From positions 4,947-68,946 of the forward strand of contig CAYGJA010000001.1 in NCBI GenBank assembly GCA_964350165.1: a stretch of DNA of 64,000 bases. Reading direction: 5' to 3'. Both the position numbers and the translations under genes were made by a program. Below are positions 57,323-64,000 of the stretch, one piece after another. Below the pieces are notes generated by a model that made no database searches, had not been told where the DNA came from, and was given only the letters and a program-made list of their open reading frames with translations. The number at the start of each line of letters is the position of its first letter. Position 1 is the first letter of the stretch. The stretch comes from an uncultured Candidatus Saccharibacteria bacterium (GTDB lineage: Bacteria; Patescibacteriota; Minisyncoccia; Phycocordibacterales; UBA1006).

Positions 57323-58312
57323 TCAAATCTCTTTATTTCGCATTCTCACTAATTCAGTCTCTTGTATAGAATCGCCTTGGTCACCAAAAAATAAACTTTC
57401 AAGCACGGACCAGAGATAGAGCGAGGATGAGATAACAATTATCCAATGGGCTTGTAATATATAAGTTTCTACAGCAAAAACCCCAACTCCCACTAAGAGC
57501 GCAAGAAGAAGGTGAATAGTTTTTGCATCCTCTCTCACATACTCGATCCCTTTGCGTCCACGATTCTCGGTGTGAAGAAATGCCAAAGCCAAAATCTGCA
57601 AGGAAGATATGACAACGGGAACAATATAGGCACCCTCTCTTGTTTCATAAGCAATAACACCCGTACCAATAGCCGATGCGACGAGCGACAGATACACAAA
57701 CATTTTTATTGCGCTGAATTGGAAGGGGGTTGGTTTTTTTGAGGTAAAAGCAAAGAAAAGCCCGCACGCTAATCCAAAAAATACGAACGGGGGTAAGAGA
57801 TTAAAAAGTCCACCATCATTCCATATTTCTAAAATAAGACTCAAAACCTCTCCCCGTAAAGGTGTTAGCCCCAACAAGAGTATCCATATTAGTGAGAGTA
57901 AAAAAACGGTCGATTCAGTGATTTTGGGCAAAAATCCTAATTTCTTTGCAAGCCCTTGCATGTAAAAGTGACTGTTGTCCCCAATACGACGTGTTTTATT
58001 GGGATAGTAATGCATCCAAGGCGCAACGATTCCTAAAAGCAACCCACCAAAATAAACAGCAAAACGTACTCCAAGTCCAACCCCTAGCTCTTGCAATTGA
58101 GTTGCCATGTAATACATACCGAAACTCAAGGTAACCAAGATGGCCACACCAATACCGCGCTTAATACGCAACCCTTTCTGACGGTCTTTTCTCATGAATC
58201 TAGTATATCGCAACCAGTGAGACTCAAGAATACTTAAATGATGAACTCTTATTTTACCCAATTTTCTAACGTAACAATAAGGCTTTTGATACCCAAAAGT
58301 TCGGAAAACCAA
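57323..58312 (-). CDS. Hypothetical polytopic membrane protein (about 8 TM); true start probably internal
   Basis: 329 aa. The N-terminal 15 residues (MVFRTFG...) are just the reverse complement of repeat copy C with a TTG start. The likely real start is a downstream ATG. Confidence 0.45.
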   Translation of the reverse strand: MVFRTFGYQKPYCYVRKLGKIRVHHLSILESHWLRYTRFMRKDRQKGLRIKRGIGVAILVTLSFGMYYMATQLQELGVGLGVRFAVYFGGLLLGIVAPWMHYYPNKTRRIGDNSHFYMQGLAKKLGFLPKITESTVFLLSLIWILLLGLTPLRGEVLSLILEIWNDGGLFNLLPPFVFFGLACGLFFAFTSKKPTPFQFSAIKMFVYLSLVASAIGTGVIAYETREGAYIVPVVISSLQILALAFLHTENRGRKGIEYVREDAKTIHLLLALLVGVGVFAVETYILQAHWIIVISSSLYLWSVLESLFFGDQGDSIQETELVRMRNKEI

Positions 58313-58400
58313 GCCGTAGGGTCACATCATCTAAAAGCCCTGTATAGCAACACCTTGTGAAGTGGAGTTATGGGGTTTTCAGAACTACTTATATTGACTT
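58256..58400 (+). repeat. Island repeat copy C (hybrid): repeat-type left arm, core, then tRNA-Glu-type right flank
   Basis: ACCCAATTTTCTAACGTAACAATAAG...CCCAAAAGTTCGGAAAACCAAG + CCGTAGGGTCAC (58314..58325) + ATCATCTAAAAGCC... This is a P-O-B'-like junction. Confidence 0.75.
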
Positions 58401-58810
58401 ATCTTCTTATGTATGGTTTGTTATTGATGAATCCAAGAACCTTTACCATGAAAGTAAAAAGACGCAGCATAGCCGTGGCAAGCTTGCTGTTTATCCTCGC
58501 CATGGCAGCCCAGATTCTGGGCCACCATGATTTAGCCACCTTCGTTTTTGTTCTACTGCTGGCCCCAGTGGTGGTCGAGGTCACTCAAAAACACCCGCAA
58601 CACCGCTGGTGGATTGGGTACATCTTTGCCGCGATCATCATGTGGGTCGACCCAGGGGTCGTACCCACTTTCTGCGGCACGAATGAACTGCCCGATACCG
58701 GGTGGTGGCCATACCTTGCCCGGCCGCTCGAGTATTTCGTCTCACTACTGCTCGCCATCATTGCGCTGATGACGGTAGAGCCGGAGCTGCGAATCAAAAA
58801 TGAAGACTAG
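58370..58810 (+). CDS. Hypothetical membrane protein (4 TM)
   Basis: 146 aa. The 5' end lies within the duplicated tRNA-flank sequence. Confidence 0.4.
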   Translation: MGFSELLILTYLLMYGLLLMNPRTFTMKVKRRSIAVASLLFILAMAAQILGHHDLATFVFVLLLAPVVVEVTQKHPQHRWWIGYIFAAIIMWVDPGVVPTFCGTNELPDTGWWPYLARPLEYFVSLLLAIIALMTVEPELRIKNED

Positions 58811-58907
58811 ACTGACTGTCAAAGCCGCCCTTTAGGAAGGCGGCTTCTTTTTGCATACTTTCTCTAAAACACCAGATCGGATACTGCTTTTCTAATGTCA
58901 CCCCTCA

Positions 58908-59068
58908 ACCCCAAAAGTTCCGAAATTCAAGCTATTGGCTCACTAGAATTTAAAGTGTTGTAAATAAAGGGTTTTAGAGGGTGCCCTAGGGGGTGTTCCG
59001 AATTCTTAGCGAAGATGTTTTCAAAAGATAGTTTTTGGTGAGTTATAATTGTTTTATACAAATTCACG
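58908..59068 (+). repeat. Island repeat copy D (full arm, degenerate core CTATTGGCTCAC)
   Basis: The arm is about 95% identical to copy A. It ends 10 nt before the ATG at 59078. Confidence 0.75.
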
Positions 59069-59077
59069 TAAAATCTT

Positions 59078-59416
59078 ATGGAATCACTACCAAGCACAGA
59101 TAACAGCTATAAGGGACACATAGAAAGACTAAAAGCCGAATTGGCTCTTGCCACAAATCCAACAGATGTACTACGGATTATTGCAGAGGGTATCAGCATG
59201 GTTGATAAGATCGAAGACCTTTTGCTTTCTGTTGAATTACAAAAAGTTAAACCCGCGTACGAAACAGAAAACCTAACGACTCTAGACAAAGCTAGAACCA
59301 TGGCCATGTCTTTAGATTTGTTTCCAAAGATAGCGGGAGCAATGGCGCGCGTGATAATCTCTGACTTGAAAAAAAGATTTATTGGAGATATTCCGGAAGA
59401 AACTCTAGAAAAGTAA
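59078..59416 (+). CDS. Hypothetical helical protein
   Basis: 112 aa with no recognisable motif. It lies directly downstream of repeat arm D. Confidence 0.4.
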   Translation: MESLPSTDNSYKGHIERLKAELALATNPTDVLRIIAEGISMVDKIEDLLLSVELQKVKPAYETENLTTLDKARTMAMSLDLFPKIAGAMARVIISDLKKRFIGDIPEETLEK

Positions 59417-59478
59417 CTCGTCTTTATTCTGACTATCTACCAGAGAAATGAAATCTTTTCCTGTTATATTTTCATTCA

Positions 59479-59570
59479 ACCCAATTTTCTAACGTAACAA
59501 TAAGAATTTTGGTCCCGAAAAGTTCGGAAAACCTAGCCGTAGGGTCACTAGAATTTAAAGTGTTGTAAAA
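59479..59570 (+). repeat. Island repeat copy E (left arm plus core, right arm truncated)
   Basis: CCCAATTTTCTAACGTAACAATAAG...AAAAGTTCGGAAAACCTAG + CCGTAGGGTCAC (59536..59547) + TAGAATTTAAAGTGTTGTAAAAAACCC. Confidence 0.7.
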
Positions 59571-59628
59571 AACCCTCACTTGTTGACAAAACAAGACAGG
59601 CTCAGCTAAGGTGTCTTTAGAGTTTTCA

Positions 59629-59650
59629 AAAGCCCGTTCGGGCTTTTTGT
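59629..59650 (+). terminator. Hairpin plus T-run
   Basis: AGCCC-gttc-GGGCT followed by TTTTTG. Confidence 0.45.
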
Positions 59651-59696
59651 TTGCCGTTTTTTCACAATATTTTCACAATAAAATACAACAAGAATA

Positions 59697-60962
59697 ATGA
59701 AAAGACCAATCACGAGAAAAAAGGCGGCGATCACAATCATCGCCATCCTATTCCTTGCACTCGGCGCCAGGGGACAGGTTGCCATCGACACGGCGAAAAT
59801 AATAAAAATTATTAGAGTGTCGGACAGTCTCAACCGGGCCGACATGGTCGCGGTCGAACAATATCGCCTAAACCCTACCGCTGTTACGCGCCCAACAGAA
59901 GCATACCAGCGACTCGACCCCAAGACGGGGGGAGCATTAAGAAAAAAATGGTTTCTAGGGAGATACGGGGAAAACCTGAGCTGGGAACAGCTTCAAGGTT
60001 TTTTGCGAGAAAAAGCCCTGTTCTTTGGTTGCTCTAACATCATCAGTCTGGAGCATCATCCAAATCTTTTGATGTTTGATTTTTATCTTTTTGAAATCAA
60101 GCAAGAACAGGAGGTAAACCTTAATCGGTATCTACTGCCTGGTATGAAAAAATTTCCGGCCAAAAATAGAAAAGGCATCTTGTACGTGGTGCGGCCGATA
60201 CTACTGCCGTACCAAGTTAGGAAATTTGAATTAGGCGGGATAGCAATGGAAGGTCTATTGGGCCGAACAAGTGCTTTTGTTCTTGATGGGTCCACGCAAG
60301 CGGAGAACTCGACCTGTTCTTTTTTCTTTTTCCGATACCTCATCCAGAAAGGGTACAGGAAAACCAATTCATTTTTCCATGACTACGAACGTCTTCCAAA
60401 AAAAGACGGCTCTCTGTATTGGCTGGCGGATAGCCTGGGCCTAAAAAAAGAATGGGAAAGAATCAGAAAAATGGTTGCCAAGGGGAAGCTTGGAACCTAT
60501 ACCGCTAACGAGTTAGGGCATGTTATCGCTAGCAAAACACACCAAAATTCTAGCGAGCCTTCCCCCGAAAGGAGTCAGGCTGGCGAGGCTTTTTCTGATG
60601 GCACGAGCCTTACTTGGCTTCTCAAAAATAAGAACATCCCTGTTTTTGTGCTGGTATTGAACTCCTACATTAACAGGGTTCAGCAATCTGGAGCTCCAGA
60701 TTATGCGGAAACAGAGCGCATAACCAATCTCGTGATAAAAAAAATGGAGATCTCCATTCCCGCCCAATTGCGAGAAAAAAAGCGCTACGGCGACGCAAGA
60801 TTGATTGAATCACTCTTTGCTGATTCGCCCCCAAAAACAGCTCTGTTAAAAATATATATTTTGTTTTCAAGCAGAGATTATAAGCGATTAGTAATGAAGC
60901 CCTTTGTGAGAGGCTTCACTGAGGAGCTAAGAAGGGGAGACATTTTGGGGATATTTGAATAG
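59697..60962 (+). CDS. Hypothetical protein (421 aa)
   Basis: N-terminal hydrophobic segment. No recognisable catalytic motifs. It is not a tyrosine or serine recombinase by motif. Confidence 0.4.
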   Translation: MKRPITRKKAAITIIAILFLALGARGQVAIDTAKIIKIIRVSDSLNRADMVAVEQYRLNPTAVTRPTEAYQRLDPKTGGALRKKWFLGRYGENLSWEQLQGFLREKALFFGCSNIISLEHHPNLLMFDFYLFEIKQEQEVNLNRYLLPGMKKFPAKNRKGILYVVRPILLPYQVRKFELGGIAMEGLLGRTSAFVLDGSTQAENSTCSFFFFRYLIQKGYRKTNSFFHDYERLPKKDGSLYWLADSLGLKKEWERIRKMVAKGKLGTYTANELGHVIASKTHQNSSEPSPERSQAGEAFSDGTSLTWLLKNKNIPVFVLVLNSYINRVQQSGAPDYAETERITNLVIKKMEISIPAQLREKKRYGDARLIESLFADSPPKTALLKIYILFSSRDYKRLVMKPFVRGFTEELRRGDILGIFE

Positions 60963-61129
60963 CCCAGGACACCTATATAATAAATACCTCGATTTTAGAT
61001 AACTTAATCGAGGTATTTGTGTTTTAATTAACTACCGAAACAAAAAAACTGAACATCCGGAAGATAAAATATTCTAGTTCTGTTATGATAATCAAACATC
61101 ATTAATTATATTCTTAATTCAATTTTTCC

Positions 61130-61831
61130 ATGTCAGAACACCATCACCACGAAAACAATCATTCTTCAAAAGAAGAGCACAGGCATACTAGCAAAAAAAA
61201 TGCCGCCGCTTTTGATTTTTCAAAAATAATGCAACCCAAAATTCTTGCGCCCATAATTACCGCAACTGTTGTGGTGATTGTTTTTCTGTTGCTCCTTTCC
61301 AACGGCTGGATTGTGGCAGCAACCGTAAACGGTTCGGCCATTAGCCGACACGAAGTACGAAATTTAGTAGAAAAAGATTCTGGCGCAGATGCTTTGCGTG
61401 GACTCATCTCCCAAAAACTACTAGACCAAGAAATCAAAGACAAAAAAATATCAGTTACTGAGGCTCAGATTGATGAAGAAATAGCAACCATTAGTGACCT
61501 CTTGGAAAAACAAGGACTTACTTTTGCCGAAGCTATCGAAGGGCAGGGCCTAACCATGAATGAGGCCAGAAAGCAGGTCAAACGACAACTCGAACTAGAA
61601 GGATTATTTGCGGATAGCGTCATTGTGAGCGAAGAAGAAATCAATGCTTTTATCGAAAGCAACCAGGTGCCCCTACCAGAAGACGAGGGCGAAAAAGCAG
61701 AACTATTGTCCAGCGTGCGTGAGCAAATGGAACAAGAAAAACTCTACAATGAATATATTGCCAAAGAAGCCGAACTACGAGAACAAGCAAGCATCAAGTT
61801 TTTTGTAGACTACCTAGACAGCAAAGAATAG
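61130..61831 (+). CDS. Hypothetical membrane-anchored protein with a SurA-N-like helical domain
   Basis: 233 aa with a His-rich N-terminus, one TM, then LISQKLLDQEIKDKKISVTEAQIDEEI, which is chaperone-like. Confidence 0.35.
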   Translation: MSEHHHHENNHSSKEEHRHTSKKNAAAFDFSKIMQPKILAPIITATVVVIVFLLLLSNGWIVAATVNGSAISRHEVRNLVEKDSGADALRGLISQKLLDQEIKDKKISVTEAQIDEEIATISDLLEKQGLTFAEAIEGQGLTMNEARKQVKRQLELEGLFADSVIVSEEEINAFIESNQVPLPEDEGEKAELLSSVREQMEQEKLYNEYIAKEAELREQASIKFFVDYLDSKE

Positions 61832-61901
61832 CTCTTGAAAAAAGATACAAAGAAAACACACACCTCTCGTGTGTGTTTTCTTTTTTATAAATTTTGCCCT
61901 C

Positions 61902-61910
61902 TGCTATACT
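61902..61910 (+). promoter_or_regulatory. Extended -10 (TGcTATACT) 6 nt upstream of the ATG at 61917
   Basis: TGCTATACT-ttgacc-ATG. Confidence 0.45.
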
Positions 61911-61916
61911 TTGACC

Positions 61917-62291
61917 ATGGAAAAATCTCCAAAAAAAATATTGGTAATCGAAGCTGAGCGCCCTCTGGCCAGAGCCTTCGAACTTAAACTTGAGCACAAT
62001 GGCTACGAAGTAACCATGGTTAACACGGGAAAAGAAGGCATTAGAAAATTAGGAAGCGAGAATTACCAAATCGTCATCACAGATCTAGCCATGCCAGAAA
62101 TGAATGGATTCGAAATTATCGAACATATCAGGAAACACAACCAAGATCTCCCGATTATCGTACTTGCCAATAGTAACCAAAAAATAGAAATTCAAAAAAT
62201 TCACAATCTTGGCATAGAGGACTGCTTTATAAAATCAAGCGCCCCCATCGCCAACATCATAAAACACATTGATAATCAACTCAAAAAATAA
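61917..62291 (+). CDS. Response-regulator receiver domain protein (stand-alone)
   Basis: Starts KKILVIEAERPLA, then ...IVITDLAMPEMNGFEII...KIHNLG. No output domain. Confidence 0.65.
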   Translation: MEKSPKKILVIEAERPLARAFELKLEHNGYEVTMVNTGKEGIRKLGSENYQIVITDLAMPEMNGFEIIEHIRKHNQDLPIIVLANSNQKIEIQKIHNLGIEDCFIKSSAPIANIIKHIDNQLKK

Positions 62292-62460
62292 AGTCACAGC
62301 AAGATTTTTTTTGAATAAAAAGATTTGTCACCCAATTAGTAACGAAAAGATGCTCTTTGTTTGCAATATTGGTATCATACACAAGTGGGTTACCTCTTGT
62401 TAGCAAACCAAGCCCATCTTAATTCTCAACAAACATCTAGCCTAGGAATTTTAAATTTTT

Positions 62461-62937
62461 ATGAAATCAAACAACACAAAAGGTTTTACTTTATTAGAAA
62501 TAATTCTGGTTGTTGCTGCACTCGCTATCCTGGCCGGAATTGTTATCGTTGCCATCAATCCGTCAAAAGAACTGGCAGACACAAGAAACTCTCAGCGCCG
62601 TTCTGATGTTACCAGCCTTCTCAACGGAATCTGGCAATATTCAATTGATAATGACGGTGCTTTTCCTTTGGCAATAGACAGCACAACCTCTACCTCTCAA
62701 GTTCTAGGCACAGCAACCAGTGGTTGCGATTCTTCTTGTGGCGCAGTTGCAACAGAAGCTGCCTGTGCAGATGTCTCGGTAGACCTAGTGCCTGATTTCT
62801 TGGCAGAGCTTCCAGCCGATCCTCAAACCGGAACAGCTAGTAATACGGACTACTATGTAAACGTAGACGAAAACGGCGCTCTTGTTGTCGGGTCTTGTGA
62901 CATGGAACAATCAGACAACTTCTCTGTATCTAGATAA
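62461..62937 (+). CDS. Type IV pilin / pseudopilin
   Basis: Starts MKSNNTKG|FTLLEIILVVAALAILAGIVIVAI, which is a class III signal with the conserved E5. Confidence 0.8.
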   Translation: MKSNNTKGFTLLEIILVVAALAILAGIVIVAINPSKELADTRNSQRRSDVTSLLNGIWQYSIDNDGAFPLAIDSTTSTSQVLGTATSGCDSSCGAVATEAACADVSVDLVPDFLAELPADPQTGTASNTDYYVNVDENGALVVGSCDMEQSDNFSVSR

Positions 62938-62970
62938 TATAAAATAAATTCATTTCTGCTGCTGGCATTC

Positions 62971-64000
62971 ATGAGCAACAACACATTGCACCAAACTGGC
63001 ATCCTATTCGGTGGTCGCGCCATGCTTGCTCTCAGCACACTGCTTATTGATTTTTTTGGTGTGGTGTATTTTTTCCAAGCCTTTCATCAAAACATTTTTC
63101 TAGCAGTACTTCCTTTTTTAATTACCTACGCACTTTATGCCTTCGGTGTTTTTGCCGTCGCTCGAAGATTTTATGTAAAAGGAAGAGACAAGCGAAGGTT
63201 GTTCTTATTTGGCGTAATACTCCTGATTCTTTCTTATCTTGTGCTGGGTATCGTCGGAGTATCAGTTGCCTCCATAATTATTTTTGGGCTACTCCAGGCG
63301 GGGTTCCGATCGTTCTTTTGGCTTCCGTATCAAGTAAACGTGGCCAAAGCCATGCCAGATGGTCACCGAGGACAAATCAGCGGACGTTGGTCTTCGTTGC
63401 GAATAATTACCACGACCCTAGCGCCAGTAATATCAGCGGTCATTATCGAAGAATTTGGTTTTTCGGCACTCTACTTAGCCGCCGCCATTACTGCTGGTTT
63501 TGCGGTACTGCTCTTTTATCAAGCAGAAAATTCCAGCAAGGGATCCTTTGTTCTACCTACCCAAAAAATATTTAGCACCTTTCGCAAGAACCTCGATCTA
63601 TTGTGGGCCCACTTTTCCCTTGGAATGGAACATGGTGCTCATTTGCTGTTCTGGCCCTTGGCTCTCTGGTTTGTTACCGATGGAGAAATAGTAACGATGG
63701 GTATTATCACGACACTAGCCATGGTCATAGCCCTCTTGTTGGGGTTGGCAGTGGGTGAGCTGCTCGACCGGGAGCGATACGCCCAGAGAATAACCCCAAT
63801 CATACTTTCTCTACAATCCGTAGCCTGGCTGGGGCGATTTATTGCTAGTACCAGCGGTCAGGCTTTTGTGGCTGACGCTTTTTTCCGACCAGTTACACAA
63901 ATGAAAGACTCCGTATTTGAAAAACACGTATATGACCATACCGATAACAGTGTCGACCTAGCTGATGAATACATTGTCCTAAAAACAATCAGCCTGAATA
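62971..64000 (+). CDS. Polytopic membrane transporter-like protein (MFS-like), truncated at the window end
   Basis: An open frame of at least 343 codons from the ATG at 62971 to the window end, with about 9 hydrophobic helices. It is absent from the ORF track because it has no stop. Confidence 0.5.
   Translation, partial: MSNNTLHQTGILFGGRAMLALSTLLIDFFGVVYFFQAFHQNIFLAVLPFLITYALYAFGVFAVARRFYVKGRDKRRLFLFGVILLILSYLVLGIVGVSVASIIIFGLLQAGFRSFFWLPYQVNVAKAMPDGHRGQISGRWSSLRIITTTLAPVISAVIIEEFGFSALYLAAAITAGFAVLLFYQAENSSKGSFVLPTQKIFSTFRKNLDLLWAHFSLGMEHGAHLLFWPLALWFVTDGEIVTMGIITTLAMVIALLLGLAVGELLDRERYAQRITPIILSLQSVAWLGRFIASTSGQAFVADAFFRPVTQMKDSVFEKHVYDHTDNSVDLADEYIVLKTISLN

Larger units (their letters stand above)
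54471..59570 (+). mobile_element. tRNA-Glu-anchored cassette island bounded by sites that carry the tRNA 3'-end core
   Basis: Six sites carry the 12-bp core (one of them degenerate), including the B-O-B', P-O-P' and P-O-B' combinations. The first cassette has foreign GC content. No integrase. Confidence 0.5.

Noticed and set aside
55529-59570. Classical integron (attI/attC cassettes)
   Set aside because: There is no intI-like gene in the window. The repeats lack the attC R''/L''/L'/R' inverted-repeat structure and the GTTRRRY core. The cassettes include both orientations, and the boundary element carries its own promoter. The analogy with integrons is kept as a concept only.
59697-60962. The 421-aa ORF at the distal end of the tRNA-Glu island as the missing integrase
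   Set aside because: It has no R-x-H-x-x-R...Y tyrosine-recombinase motifs and no serine-recombinase N-terminal catalytic motif, so it is left as hypothetical.
1-64000. Alternative genetic code (UGA recoding, as in some CPR lineages)
   Set aside because: TGA (rsmH at 50228), TAA (serS, ftsI) and TAG (lysS) all terminate conserved genes at the expected protein lengths. Translation table 11 fits.

Overview
This 64 kb window looks like a small, low-GC, tightly packed bacterial genome of the CPR/Patescibacteria type. Supporting signs are a minimal pyruvate kinase, RGG-tailed helicases, a type IV pilin, and many leaderless genes with a TATAAT-like hexamer 6-7 nt ahead of the start codon. All three stop codons terminate conserved genes, so the genetic code is standard.

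The housekeeping backbone runs: topA (partial) and dprA on the minus strand, serS, dus, dnaX, lexA with a TfoX-N protein, thioredoxin and CcdA, a GIY-YIG protein, an ABC-F ATPase, an RGG zinc-ribbon protein, a PIF1-like helicase, and a DEAD-box helicase. It continues with glycerate kinase, enolase and pyruvate kinase, receiver-only response regulators, BdbC and BdbD (DsbB/DsbA-like), a MacAB-like exporter, a membrane-anchored Clp-like ATPase, PBP2, greA, lysS, and the dcw cluster mraZ-rsmH-ftsL-ftsI-murF.

Three accessory regions interrupt this backbone. I rate them most interesting in this order:
- An island starting exactly at the 3' end of tRNA-Glu(CUC) (about 54.46-59.57 kb). Six sites share a 12-bp core (CCGTAGGGTCAC) taken from the tRNA 3' end. 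One hybrid site carries a perfect 26-bp copy of the tRNA end plus its flank. The sites are joined to a roughly 130-bp conserved arm that ends in a TATAAT box, and they divide the island into single-gene cassettes.
- An AT-rich island directly after tRNA-Gln(UUG) (about 6.89-11.45 kb). Three perfect copies and one degenerate copy of a 34-bp motif, which resembles the tRNA-Gln 3' end, divide it into cassettes (NUDIX, macro domain, secreted proteins). A remnant of the tRNA T-arm also sits inside it.
- A 991-aa secreted-protein gene bracketed by a perfect 27-bp direct repeat. Beside it lies a duplicated terminator plus a 5' fragment of the downstream DUF45 gene, and the terminator hairpin shows compensatory substitutions.

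Both tRNA islands begin with paralogous membrane-anchored DUF2726 (nuclease-fold) proteins. No integrase or recombinase is encoded in the window.

Coordinates I derived by hand (RNAs, repeats, hairpins, promoter hexamers) may be off by 1-2 nt. CDS coordinates follow the supplied ORF track, with starts adjusted where the printed start was a non-ATG read-through.
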